Counted from the stretch's first letter, positions 1-9,592 are shown. The stretch is DNA of 64,000 bases from an uncultured Actinomycetes bacterium (GCA_903852585.1 CAINRG010000033.1:5633-69632); one strand, 5' to 3'. Made by a program: numbers and translations. The notes: generated by a model not told the origin, from the letters alone.

Positions 1-824
1 AATGTGGAACCATGTTGACCAGCCGTAAAGTGTGGAACACGATCACCAATTGAAATCATCGCGCCTAATGGGAGTCCTCCCCCGAGTCCCTTCGCAAGGG
101 TGAGAATGTCGGGAAGGATTCCCTCGGGTTCATAACCAAACATCGTGCCAGTGCGACCCATTCCGGTTTGCACCGCATCTATGGCGAAAAGGGCGCCATA
201 TTTGTCGCAGAGATCGCGGACGGCCTTGAGATAGCCCCTTGGGGGAACGACAACTCCATTCTCTCCCTGGATGGGTTCCACGATTACCATGGCAGTTTTT
301 CTCGAAATAGTTTTTTCAAGTTCGCGCACATCTCCATACTTCACAAAGTCCACTCTGCCAAGAAGTGGGATAAATGGAGCTCTCTTTGCGGGCTGGCCCG
401 TGAGCGAAAGTGCACCAAGTGTTCGCCCGTGGAAACTTCCCACGGTTGAGATGATTCGACTCCGCCCAGAAAGTCGAGAAAGCTTAAGCGCCGCTTCATT
501 AGCTTCGGCACCGGAATTGCAGAAAAAGACACGAGATGGTGCTCCTACTAATTTCTGGAGCTTTTCAGCGAGAGCTAAACCTTGTGGGTGTGAGTAAAGA
601 TTACTTGTATGACCAAGTGTTGCAATCTGTTTCGAGACAGCCCGTACGACTGCCGGCTCGGCATGCCCTAAAACATTTGTTGCAATACCCCCGAGAAAAT
701 CCAAATATTTCTTCCCAGAGCTATCCCAAACATAAATACCTTTTCCGCGGACAAGTTGAATTCCAGGCGTCCCGTAATTCAATTCCATCGCACGCGCCCA
801 GCGTTCTTCTTCGTGAAGTGTCAT
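1..824 (-). CDS. argD: acetylornithine aminotransferase (N-terminal ~274 codons; the 3' end runs off the window start)
   Basis: Absent from the ORF track because there is no stop in the window. My reverse-strand translation from ATG 824-822 reads MTLHEEERWARAMELNYGTPGIQLVRGKG...NSGAEANEAALKL...DAVQTGMGRTG...LTLAKGLGGG, a class-III PLP aminotransferase. ATGA overlap with the argB stop; argC-J-B-D order. Confidence 0.9.
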   Translation of the reverse strand, partial: MTLHEEERWARAMELNYGTPGIQLVRGKGIYVWDSSGKKYLDFLGGIATNVLGHAEPAVVRAVSKQIATLGHTSNLYSHPQGLALAEKLQKLVGAPSRVFFCNSGAEANEAALKLSRLSGRSRIISTVGSFHGRTLGALSLTGQPAKRAPFIPLLGRVDFVKYGDVRELEKTISRKTAMVIVEPIQGENGVVVPPRGYLKAVRDLCDKYGALFAIDAVQTGMGRTGTMFGYEPEGILPDILTLAKGLGGGLPLGAMISIGDRVPHFTAGQHGST

Positions 825-1609
825 CGAACCACTACCGTTCCACCCGATCCTGCCAAAGCTAGCGAAAGATTTTCACTATCTCGTCCATCAATAACCCGAG
901 CTCTCTTTGCACCCGCCTCTAGGGCCGAGAGAACAGCTTTCACTTTTGGAATCATTCCCGAAGAAAATGACGGTTGAAGGCCACGGAGTTGCTCTGCGGA
1001 GATTTCTTTGATGATTGATTCCTTATGTGGATAATCTCGATAAATACCTTCGACATCGGTCATAAAGATGACTTCATCAGCTTCTAAAGTCCCAGCTACA
1101 GCCCCTGCCGCGAGATCACCATTGAGATTCAAACCAAGCCCCTCGGAACTGACGGCAACTGGAGAAATTACAGGTAAGAAATCTGCAGAAAGAAGCAGGT
1201 TCAATAGTTTTGGATTTGTGGAGAAAACATCCCCAACTAAACCAATATCCAAGGGCGTTCCATCAATATCGGGGTGCATCTTTTCAGCCCTCACAGTGCT
1301 TCCGTCTCCAACAGAGAGCCCTACTGGGTTTGCTCCAAAGGAGATCAACTGATTAACCAGTGTCCGTAGAACCTGGCCTGAAAGAACTTTTTGGACTACT
1401 TCAAAAACCTCAGGCGTCGTTGTTCTGTAACCACTTTGCATCAAACTTGGAATTTGATGAATCAAAAGTTCAGCATCTATTTGTGGTCCACCTCCGTGAA
1501 CAAGAACGATTTTTGAACCCGCCAGATGGTAATCCGCGATAATTTTAAGAATCGGATCTGGAGTGTTTGCCGTTGGAAGCGCATGACCGCCGTATTTGAC
1601 GACGATCAT
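821..1609 (-). CDS. argB: acetylglutamate kinase
   Basis: 262 aa. MIVVKYGGHAL amino-acid-kinase N-terminus and VHGGGPQI motif. 4-nt overlaps with argJ and argD. Confidence 0.95.
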   Translation of the reverse strand: MIVVKYGGHALPTANTPDPILKIIADYHLAGSKIVLVHGGGPQIDAELLIHQIPSLMQSGYRTTTPEVFEVVQKVLSGQVLRTLVNQLISFGANPVGLSVGDGSTVRAEKMHPDIDGTPLDIGLVGDVFSTNPKLLNLLLSADFLPVISPVAVSSEGLGLNLNGDLAAGAVAGTLEADEVIFMTDVEGIYRDYPHKESIIKEISAEQLRGLQPSFSSGMIPKVKAVLSALEAGAKRARVIDGRDSENLSLALAGSGGTVVVR

Positions 1610-2751
1610 GATGAATACGCCGAATTCTCATGTACATACATTGCCGATAAGTCATTGGTCCAAATAGTTCCAGACGACATTCCAGCCTTTAAATCAATGA
1701 CTATTCGAATATTCTTAGACGAAAGATCAACTTCTGATCGATCCATGCCAGGAGCACTATTTTTGCAGACCTGGACACCGTTCAGGGAAACGTCAATTGT
1801 GTGTGGATCAAAGAGAGCGTTTGTTGTGCCCACAGCAGCGAGAACACGACCCCAATTTGCATCATTTCCATTAAGGGCACACTTTAAAAGATTATTACGT
1901 GCACAACTTCGCCCAACTTCCAATGCGTCAGATACTGAAGCGGCATTTATAGTCACAATCTCCACGATCTTTGTGTGGCCTTCAGCATCGTTGATAAGTT
2001 GTTGGGAAAGATAAGTGGCGCATTCAAGAAGCAGGGTCTTGAGATCCTGATGTGAAAGTCTGACGCCACTTGCCCCTGACGACATAAAAGTTACAGTGTC
2101 ATTTGTTGACATACAGCCATCCGAGTCGATCCTGTCGAAGGTTTCGGCTGCTACTTCTCTAAAAATCTTTTCGGCGCTATGGTCAACAATCGCATCGGTA
2201 ACTATGACAGAGAGCATTGTTGCAAGTGATGGCGCTAGCATTCCCGCTCCTTTAGCCATCCCGAAGATTCGCACGCCTAAATATTCTTTCTCGAAATATT
2301 TAGCTCTGGAGTCTGTCGTCATGATTGCCTCGGCAATCTTTTCCGCTCCTTCACGTGAAAGTGAAGAAACGGCAATATCGATTCCAGGCAAGAGTTTTTC
2401 CATGGGTAAACGAACCCCAATGAGCCCCGTTGAGCAGACGACTACATCTCCAGCATTTATGGAAAGTTTCCCTGCTAAAACTTCGGCAGTCCTATGGGTA
2501 TCTGCGAATCCTTCCGGTCCCGTGCAGGCATTCGCACCGCCGCTATTGAGAATTACCGCTGAAATTTCATTATCTGCAACAACTTGTCGAGACCACGTAA
2601 CAGGGGCAGCGACAACCTTGTTGGAGGTAAAAACGGCTGTGCCATATTTATATGGACCATCGTTTACGATCAGGGCCAGATCGGGTGCTCCCGAACTCTT
2701 GATTCCAACAGCTACGCCCGAACCCCTAAACCCTTGTGGAAGATTTGCCAT
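1606..2751 (-). CDS. argJ: bifunctional ornithine acetyltransferase / N-acetylglutamate synthase
   Basis: 381 aa. Autoprocessing site context PSLATMLSVIVTD. Sits between argC and argB. Confidence 0.95.
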   Translation of the reverse strand: MANLPQGFRGSGVAVGIKSSGAPDLALIVNDGPYKYGTAVFTSNKVVAAPVTWSRQVVADNEISAVILNSGGANACTGPEGFADTHRTAEVLAGKLSINAGDVVVCSTGLIGVRLPMEKLLPGIDIAVSSLSREGAEKIAEAIMTTDSRAKYFEKEYLGVRIFGMAKGAGMLAPSLATMLSVIVTDAIVDHSAEKIFREVAAETFDRIDSDGCMSTNDTVTFMSSGASGVRLSHQDLKTLLLECATYLSQQLINDAEGHTKIVEIVTINAASVSDALEVGRSCARNNLLKCALNGNDANWGRVLAAVGTTNALFDPHTIDVSLNGVQVCKNSAPGMDRSEVDLSSKNIRIVIDLKAGMSSGTIWTNDLSAMYVHENSAYSS

Positions 2752-3774
2752 TTAACGCACCCCTTGAGTTGAGAGACCGAGAGTTTCGGCAAAGCCACAC
2801 ATGATGTTTGCATTTTGAACAGCTTGTGAAGCTGCACCTTTCCCAAGGTTGTCAATCGCCACCGAAATAATCAATCGATTCGTATGGCTATCCACCCCAA
2901 CTTGAATGTGCGCAGAATTACTTCCAGTAACGGCCGAGGTCTGCGGCATCTGACCGAGTGGAAGAACATGGACGAATGGTTCCGACTCAAATGCTCCAGC
3001 ATAAATCTCGTGCACCTTTTCTGTTGTAAAGGCGCCAGAGATCTTGGCTGTTATCGTCGCCAAAATTCCACGTGGCATTGGCGCAAGTATTGGTGTAAAT
3101 GAAATTCTTGAGGCACTTCCACTCACGTGAGAGATGCTCTGCTCTATCTCAGGAGTGTGTTGATGTACCCCTCCAAATTTGTACGACGTTAGAGAGTTTG
3201 CCGCTTCACTTGCAATCAAATTAATTTTCGCAGATCGCCCAGCGCCGGTTGTTCCCGATGCGGCAACAACAACAATATCTGTTGCATCAATGAGCTTATG
3301 AGAAATTGCTGGGAGAGCTCCTAGGATGATGGCTGTTGCATAGCAACCTGGATTTGCAATACGCGCAGATTGGGCAATAAGAGCTCGCGCACCTGGCAGT
3401 TCTGGCAATCCATAAGGAAGAAAACCTGAATAAGAGCCACCATAATATGTAGACCATCGCGCTGCGTCCTCTAATCGATAATCCGCACCGAGGTCGACGA
3501 CTTTGATTGACTCTGGAAGTTTCTCTATGTATTCAGAGGATGCCCCGTGAGGTAGGGCGAAGAAAAGAAGCTCACATCTTTTCATCGCCTCAAGAGAGGT
3601 CTCTTCAAATTTTTCTTCCGAGAACAAGGTAAGAGCCGGATGAACACTTGTTATGAATTCCCCAGCATTGGAGGAGGCAGCTATGTACTCCAATTCGAAT
3701 TTCGGATGTGATGAGATGATCCGAAGAAGCTCTCCCCCGGAATATCCACTTGCGCCGACGATGCCAATTTTCAT
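2752..3774 (-). CDS. argC: N-acetyl-gamma-glutamyl-phosphate reductase
   Basis: 340 aa. GASGYSGGELLR N-terminus and active-site NPGCYAT. First gene of the arg cluster. Confidence 0.95.
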   Translation of the reverse strand: MKIGIVGASGYSGGELLRIISSHPKFELEYIAASSNAGEFITSVHPALTLFSEEKFEETSLEAMKRCELLFFALPHGASSEYIEKLPESIKVVDLGADYRLEDAARWSTYYGGSYSGFLPYGLPELPGARALIAQSARIANPGCYATAIILGALPAISHKLIDATDIVVVAASGTTGAGRSAKINLIASEAANSLTSYKFGGVHQHTPEIEQSISHVSGSASRISFTPILAPMPRGILATITAKISGAFTTEKVHEIYAGAFESEPFVHVLPLGQMPQTSAVTGSNSAHIQVGVDSHTNRLIISVAIDNLGKGAASQAVQNANIMCGFAETLGLSTQGVR

Positions 3775-3789
3775 ACCTTGAGAGTATCG

Positions 3790-3828
3790 AAAAAAGCATA
3801 ATTATTCAATATTATGAATAATTATGCA
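3790..3828 (-). promoter_or_regulatory. perfect 13-6-13 palindrome plus U6: candidate tandem ARG boxes (ArgR operator) and/or intrinsic terminator of pheST
   Basis: Plus strand 3796-3827 is GCATAATTATTCA-ATATTA-TGAATAATTATGC. Each arm with its flank resembles the ARG box TGAAT-wwww-ATTCA (TGCATAATTATTCA / TGAATAATTATGC). On the minus-strand RNA the hairpin is followed by UUUUUU (3795-3790). It overlaps the pheT stop (3822-3824) and ends 22 nt upstream of the argC ATG. Confidence 0.6.
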
Positions 3829-6275
3829 CGTATGGTGGCTCCCACCTTTTTCGAGGCCACGGCAGCTGCGCTCTCTTTAAAACCATTAACCTCTTGCGCA
3901 GTCAACGTTCGATCTGGTGCACGAAACACCAGAGTGAAAGCTAGTGAAACTTTGCCCTCCCCCAGTGCCTCATAACGATCAAAGAGGGTGATCGACTCAA
4001 GCAAGTCTCCCGCTCCTTCACGAAGAGCTGATTCAACCTGCGTTGAAGCGACACTCTTATCGACCACCAGAGCCAGATCCTGAACCGCAGCCGGCATTAC
4101 CGTGATTGGTGCAGGAGTAACTAATGGCGAAGCTGGAAGAGCATCGAGGCTCAGACCCCAGGCAACAGAACGCGCAGGCAAACCGAAATCAGTGAGAACG
4201 CGAGGATGCAATTCCCCGGCATGTGCGACCGGCTTTCCATCAACGATGAATTCTGCACAACGACCTGGATGCCAGGGTGCAAGATCAGAACTCTGCACCT
4301 TCCACGAGAGATTCATCTGCGTCAAAATTGTTTCAATTTCAGCAAGAGCATCCGTCCAGTCGTAAGATCGGCTTTTTCCCTTCCAACTTTCAGTTGCCAC
4401 CTTTCCAACTTGAACTCCACAGATAAAAGAGAGCTGAGTTGGAACGGAGTCATAGATCTGGGTAATTGTTGTATCGCTTGGTCGAGAACCCGTAGCAGGA
4501 AAGAGTCCAGGGACTGGATCAATACTTCTGCGGAAAATAAGTCCCATTTCAAAGATGGCGAAATCCTTAAATCCACGGCCAAAATTTCTTCGTGCCGCTT
4601 CAAGTAATCCTGGAAGTAAGTGCGGACGCATGAATGGTGCATCCTCAGACATTGGATTTGCTACACGGTAGGAAAGCGCACGAGCGCCGACAAAACCCAT
4701 ACGGGCAATGACATCTTCATTGACAAAGGGAAATGTCATCACTTCGGTGTATCCACGAGAAACAAGTGATTGCGCCAGAAGGCGTCGACGCTTTTGTGAG
4801 GGAGTTAATTCCGCAGATGTGCGTCGTGGCGGCAAAAGTGAAGGAATCTTGTCATAACCAATATTTCGGAGAACCTCCTCGGTGAGGTCGGCAGGAGAAA
4901 GCAGCTCTACGCGCCATGAAGGTGGCGTAACGTCGAAGGAAGATCCGTTTTGTTTTACCGAACAGCCCACAAGTTCGAGCTTTTCTTTAACAACGTTTGG
5001 CTCAATATCTAGCCCCGCTCGCTCTCCGACATATGAAGGATTTAGGTGAACGCTGGGGAGTAGTGCAACCTCGCCTGAAGTTGATGTGCCCACATATGAG
5101 GCTCCTCCAAGATCTATCAGCAGCTGTGCTGCCCGCGCCGAAGAAAGCTCGGCAAGTATTGGGTCTACACCACGTTCAAGGCGCCTTGATGCCTCAGTGG
5201 ACAATTTGTGGCGTCGGGAATTTTTGGCAATCGAGATTTGATCAAATCGAACTGCTTCTAAAGCTATGCGAGTTGTCTTGGATGTAATTTCTGAATCAAG
5301 ACCTCCCATCGTTCCAGCAAGTGCTAATACGTTTTTGGAATCAGCAACAACAAGGTCGTCGGGATTAAGAATCCTCTCTTCCCCGTCCAGAGTTGTTAAT
5401 TTCTCCTCTTTGCCTGCGCGTCGTATTTCTAAGAATCCATCAACAGCGTCGGCATCAAAGGCATGTAATGGCTGACCGAGCTCCAACATCACATAATTTG
5501 TGACATCAACGGCGAGAGAAATGGAGCGCATCCCACATTTTTCAATACGGCGACGCATCCAGAGAGGTGAACTCTTTTGCGGATCAAAATCTTTCATCGT
5601 CCGCAGAAACATCACCATTGCGCCATCAGATATTTTTGCTGGCACAGCAGTTCCCGAATCGGTAAATGTAATTTCCGCAGGAGCATCAGCCGGATCGGTG
5701 AATTTTAGCGCTAGCGATGCAGCAACCTCGCGCGCCATACCTCGCACGCTCAGTGCATAACCTCGATCGGGATTTACCGATACATCAAAAATTGTGTCGG
5801 CAATTTCCAGAAGCGAAAAGGCATCGGCGCCAGGCTTTGCAGCATCGGAGGGCAGAACGATGATTCCTGAATGATCATCTCCCATACCCAATTCTTTTGC
5901 CGAACAAATCATTCCATCTGAGGTATGTCCATAGGTTTGACGCGCTGCAATCTCGAATCCTCCTGGGAGAACTGCACCAGGAAGAGAAACGACAACGAGA
6001 TTTCCCACCTGAAAATTTTGAGCTCCGCAAATAACATAGCGAGTTTTACTTTCACCGCAATTAAGACCTACATATCGAATCGGCTTCTTTTGACCCTCGA
6101 CCTGTTCAATGGAGAGAACTTCTCCGACTACAAGTGGGCCTTTGAGATCTCTTCCCTGAGCTATTACTTCTTCGACTTCAAAGCCAACTCGAACAAGACC
6201 ATCCGCAATTTGCTCATCAGTTATCGAAGAAGGGAGAGAGACAAATTCGTTGAGCCATGAACGTGGGATGCGCAT
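3822..6275 (-). CDS. pheT: phenylalanine--tRNA ligase beta subunit
   Basis: 817 aa. Typical MRIPRSWLNEFV N-terminus with tRNA-binding, B3/4, B5 and C-terminal FDX-ACB-like regions. 1-nt TAATG overlap with pheS. Confidence 0.95.
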   Translation of the reverse strand: MRIPRSWLNEFVSLPSSITDEQIADGLVRVGFEVEEVIAQGRDLKGPLVVGEVLSIEQVEGQKKPIRYVGLNCGESKTRYVICGAQNFQVGNLVVVSLPGAVLPGGFEIAARQTYGHTSDGMICSAKELGMGDDHSGIIVLPSDAAKPGADAFSLLEIADTIFDVSVNPDRGYALSVRGMAREVAASLALKFTDPADAPAEITFTDSGTAVPAKISDGAMVMFLRTMKDFDPQKSSPLWMRRRIEKCGMRSISLAVDVTNYVMLELGQPLHAFDADAVDGFLEIRRAGKEEKLTTLDGEERILNPDDLVVADSKNVLALAGTMGGLDSEITSKTTRIALEAVRFDQISIAKNSRRHKLSTEASRRLERGVDPILAELSSARAAQLLIDLGGASYVGTSTSGEVALLPSVHLNPSYVGERAGLDIEPNVVKEKLELVGCSVKQNGSSFDVTPPSWRVELLSPADLTEEVLRNIGYDKIPSLLPPRRTSAELTPSQKRRRLLAQSLVSRGYTEVMTFPFVNEDVIARMGFVGARALSYRVANPMSEDAPFMRPHLLPGLLEAARRNFGRGFKDFAIFEMGLIFRRSIDPVPGLFPATGSRPSDTTITQIYDSVPTQLSFICGVQVGKVATESWKGKSRSYDWTDALAEIETILTQMNLSWKVQSSDLAPWHPGRCAEFIVDGKPVAHAGELHPRVLTDFGLPARSVAWGLSLDALPASPLVTPAPITVMPAAVQDLALVVDKSVASTQVESALREGAGDLLESITLFDRYEALGEGKVSLAFTLVFRAPDRTLTAQEVNGFKESAAAVASKKVGATIRA

Positions 6276-7288
6276 TACAACCCCAACCCAAAGGAGCGAC
6301 TAAATCGAATATCACCCTCGACAATATCGTGCATGTCTTTTATGCCCTGTCGAACCATCAGAGTCCGCTCTAGCCCCATGCCAAATGCGAATCCAGTGTA
6401 TTCCTCAGAATCAATCCCACATGTTTCAAGAACTTTAGGATTGACCATCCCGCAACCGCCCCATTCAATCCAACGGTTGTTAAACCAAACATCTACTTCT
6501 GCACTGGGTTCTGTAAAGGGAAAGAAAGAAGGGCGCAACCGAGTGATTGCATCTGGACCGAACATCTTCATCGCAAAATCATCCAGCGCACCTTTGAGAT
6601 GGGCCATCGAAATTCCCTTGTCGACTACCAAGCCTTCGACTTGGCTAAAAACAGGGCTGTGTGTGACATCAAGTTCATCAGCTCGAAAAGTTCTGCCTGG
6701 GGAGACTATGTAAATCGGGGGTTTTTCATTGAGCATCGTTCGAACTTGAACGGGTGAGGTATGTGTTCGAAGAACAAGACCGGATTCAATCGGTTCGATG
6801 AAAAAAGTATCTTGCATAGTCCTTGCCGGATGGTCTGCAGGAATGTTGAGCGCATCAAAGTTGAGCCATCCCGCCTCGATTTCTGGGCCCTCGGCAATTG
6901 AATATCCTTGACTCAGAAAGTAATCTGAAATTTCGTTCTTAATGACAGTAAGAGGGTGGAGACCACCGCGATGAGCGTTACTTGCTGGAAGTGTTACGTC
7001 GACAACTTCTTCAAGTAGAACCCTTGCATCTCGCTCAATTTCAAGCTGCTCTTGTCGCTTTGCAAATGCTGCGCCAATTGCAGATTTTGCTTCCCCTAAA
7101 ATTTTTCCAAATTCTGCCCGCTGGCTTGGCTCGAGCGCTCCGAGACCTTGATTCAAACGAGCTATAGGTGATTTATCCCCCACATGTTCGATCTTTACAG
7201 TCTTTAGATCGTCCAGATTTGATGCAACAGCTATCGCCGCAATCGCCGCCTCGGCAGCACTTTCAATAGCGGGAATAGAAAGGGTCAT
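6275..7288 (-). CDS. pheS: phenylalanine--tRNA ligase alpha subunit
   Basis: 337 aa. Class II motifs FRADELDVTHSPVFSQVEG and GFAFGMGLERT. Confidence 0.95.
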   Translation of the reverse strand: MTLSIPAIESAAEAAIAAIAVASNLDDLKTVKIEHVGDKSPIARLNQGLGALEPSQRAEFGKILGEAKSAIGAAFAKRQEQLEIERDARVLLEEVVDVTLPASNAHRGGLHPLTVIKNEISDYFLSQGYSIAEGPEIEAGWLNFDALNIPADHPARTMQDTFFIEPIESGLVLRTHTSPVQVRTMLNEKPPIYIVSPGRTFRADELDVTHSPVFSQVEGLVVDKGISMAHLKGALDDFAMKMFGPDAITRLRPSFFPFTEPSAEVDVWFNNRWIEWGGCGMVNPKVLETCGIDSEEYTGFAFGMGLERTLMVRQGIKDMHDIVEGDIRFSRSFGLGL

Positions 7289-7311
7289 AATGATTGAATC
7301 TTACTCAATAC

Positions 7312-8100
7312 TTATCGGGATACGTGGAACATTGCGATTGCGGCAGCGCTCGCCACGTTGAAACTTTCAGCATGACCTTGCATCGGAATGCTGATGATTT
7401 CCACCTGAGAAGGAAGATCGGGTAGGCCACGGGCTTCATTTCCGAAAATCAGCACCGAGTCACGAGAAGGTTGGAGATCAGTGAGGGATCTGCTTCCATG
7501 GCCATCGAAAGCAAGAAGAGACCGTCCACTTCCCCACTCAAGCAAGGAATCAAGGCTTACACCTTCAACGATGGGAATATTCCAAAGAGAGCCAGCCGTT
7601 GAACGGACAACTTTTGGACTAAAAATATCAACACTTAAATCTGAAAATATAACTGCATCAAAGCCGCATGCATCCGCTGTTCGAATTGCAGTACCGGCAT
7701 TGCCTGGATCCTGAAGTTGCCAAAAATATGCAACTCTCTTAGCGCTTGAAACACTTTCAAGGTTATAGGGAAGGTATTTGCAAAGCGCCAAGACCCCTTG
7801 AGGGGATTGAGTATCTGTCATGGCGTTCATCACAGCGTCGCTGACATTTACTACGTCATGGGCCGGAAGTTCTTTGGGAAATTCACTTTCTAACTTCAGG
7901 CGGCCTTCTGCAGTTACAAAGATTTTTTGAATGTGAGGAGCAAACTCTGAATGTGGACGTAAAGCGCTTCGTAGGGACTGCATTCCATCGGCCACAAAGA
8001 TATGTTCGGCACTTCGAATCTTTTTGCCACGAGAGCCCAAAAGAGCCTTCACTCTCTCTACATGCGGAGAATGAAGGCTCGTAATTTCTTGGTGAGTCAT
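7312..8100 (-). CDS. TrmH/SpoU-family RNA 2'-O-methyltransferase (TsnR/RlmB-like)
   Basis: 262 aa. SpoU motifs LIFGNEARGL and SFNVASAAAIAM. Same position as the methyltransferase next to rplT in mycobacteria. Confidence 0.85.
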   Translation of the reverse strand: MTHQEITSLHSPHVERVKALLGSRGKKIRSAEHIFVADGMQSLRSALRPHSEFAPHIQKIFVTAEGRLKLESEFPKELPAHDVVNVSDAVMNAMTDTQSPQGVLALCKYLPYNLESVSSAKRVAYFWQLQDPGNAGTAIRTADACGFDAVIFSDLSVDIFSPKVVRSTAGSLWNIPIVEGVSLDSLLEWGSGRSLLAFDGHGSRSLTDLQPSRDSVLIFGNEARGLPDLPSQVEIISIPMQGHAESFNVASAAAIAMFHVSR

Positions 8101-8118
8101 GCAGTGAGCGTAACTCTT

Positions 8119-8478
8119 TTAGACTGTTGCGTGCTTGCGAGCTACCTCAACGAGAGCTGCAAATGCAGCAGGGTCGTTTGTAGCGAGTTCGGAAAGAAGT
8201 CGACGATCTACTTCAACGCCCGCCTCTTTCAAGCCTTGGATGAAACGGTTATAGGTCATACCGTTTGCACGGGCGCCTGCATTGATGCGCTGGATCCAGA
8301 GCTGACGGAAATCGCCCTTCTTATCCTTGCGGTGATCAAAGGCATAAACCATTGAGTGGGTAACTTGTTCTTTCGCCTTTGAGAAAAGACGTGAACGTTG
8401 TCCACGATAACCTGAGGCACGCTCAAGTGTTGTACGGCGCTTTTTCGCCGCATGCATACCGCGCTTTACTCTTGCCAT
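8119..8478 (-). CDS. rplT: 50S ribosomal protein L20
   Basis: 119 aa. [15 protein letters not shown]... is a canonical L20. infC-rpmI-rplT order. Confidence 0.97.
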   Translation of the reverse strand: MARVKRGMHAAKKRRTTLERASGYRGQRSRLFSKAKEQVTHSMVYAFDHRKDKKGDFRQLWIQRINAGARANGMTYNRFIQGLKEAGVEVDRRLLSELATNDPAAFAALVEVARKHATV

Positions 8479-8491
8479 AGTTCGCTACCCC

Positions 8492-8689
8492 TTACTTCAA
8501 CCCAAGCATGCGCTTGGCTGTAAATGATGATGGAGCTTTTGCAACACCGTCTTTACTCAAGCGTCGTGTGACGCGAGAAGACTTGTGCTCCAAAAGGTGG
8601 CGCTTTCCTGCGCGCTCGTGCATGACCTTGCCGGTACCTGTAAGGCGGAAGGTCTTCTTCGCCCCACTGTGGGTCTTCATCTTTGGCAT
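8492..8689 (-). CDS. rpmI: 50S ribosomal protein L35
   Basis: 65 aa. [21 protein letters not shown]. Confidence 0.97.
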   Translation of the reverse strand: MPKMKTHSGAKKTFRLTGTGKVMHERAGKRHLLEHKSSRVTRRLSKDGVAKAPSSFTAKRMLGLK

Positions 8690-8719
8690 GTATATCTCCT
8701 GTCTTAACCGAGCTGCTCG

Positions 8720-9349
8720 TTACTGAGCGACTTCAGTTTCCGTCTCGGTAGCAGTTGGTACTGCCGCCGAATCCTTATTTGCTGGTACTTCTTCCTTCTT
8801 TACTGGAGCTTTCTTTACAGCAGATTTTTGGGTTGCCTTCTTTACAGTTGGACCCAAAACCATTGTCATGCTTCGTCCCTCTTTTTTAGGAGCAAACTCA
8901 ACAACAGCTACTTCAACAAGCTCTTCAGCTAATTTCATCAAAAGGCGGTAACCCATCTCTGGACGAGTCTGCTCTCTTCCACGGAATTGAACAGTTACCT
9001 TGACCTTATCGCCACCCTTGAGAAACTTTTCGATATGATTTCGCTTTGTTTCATAATCATGAGGTTCGATTTTGAGGCCGAGACGCATTTCCTTGACAAC
9101 GATATGAGTTTGGTTCTGTCGTGCCTCGCGAGCTTTTTGAGCAATTTCGTATTTGTATTTACCGAAATCCATCACTTTGCACACTGGCGGATTAGCATCC
9201 GGGGAAATTTCGACGAGGTCTAGTCCAACCTCATCAGCCAAATTCAAAGCTGTATCAATGTCAACGACACCAACTTGCTCTCCCGTATAACCAATCAAAC
9301 GAACTTGTGGAACACGAATTCGATCGTTGATTCGTAGATCTGCGCTGAT
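8720..9349 (-). CDS. infC: translation initiation factor IF-3 (probable non-canonical AUC start)
   Basis: The ORF track extends to a GTG at 9421, but the extra 24 residues (RVLRHFPSCRSSVLLFIYGKVAV) are not IF-3-like. The conserved N-terminus (SADLRINDRIRVPQVRLIG, compare mycobacterial [20 protein letters not shown]) begins at ATC 9349-9347, preceded by GGAAAGG 8 nt upstream. Confidence 0.85.
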   Translation of the reverse strand: MSADLRINDRIRVPQVRLIGYTGEQVGVVDIDTALNLADEVGLDLVEISPDANPPVCKVMDFGKYKYEIAQKAREARQNQTHIVVKEMRLGLKIEPHDYETKRNHIEKFLKGGDKVKVTVQFRGREQTRPEMGYRLLMKLAEELVEVAVVEFAPKKEGRSMTMVLGPTVKKATQKSAVKKAPVKKEEVPANKDSAAVPTATETETEVAQ

Positions 9350-9592
9350 AACTGCAACCTTTCCGTAAATGAATAGAAGAACTGAACTTCTACAAGAAGG
9401 AAAATGCCGCAGAACGCGCACTCATAAGAGTCGCACACGAATGTGCTGAGAAACCCGCGAGGGCCTCTCTCGAGGTCTTGACCAGATTATCCGGCCCATC
9501 GCTGGTAAGCGCGAGCTCTCAGATAATCAAGGTGGGAGCGGCAAGCTCCACTTGATGCTGGAATCTTAGCCCAGAGGCTAGAAAAGGTGAAA

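Noticed and set aside
2096-2755. Long ORFs antisense to, or out of frame with, confident genes. Examples: 2096-2755 (+, 219 aa, inside argJ), 1526-2014, 13459-13932, 24135-24605, 41216-41716, 51028-51552, 51369-51923, 39029-39331.
   Set aside because: Each lies wholly inside (39029-39331: partly over the 5' end of) a strongly conserved gene on the other strand or frame. Their composition is Ser/Ala/Arg/Cys-rich shadow-frame sequence with no recognisable motifs, SD or coupling signals.
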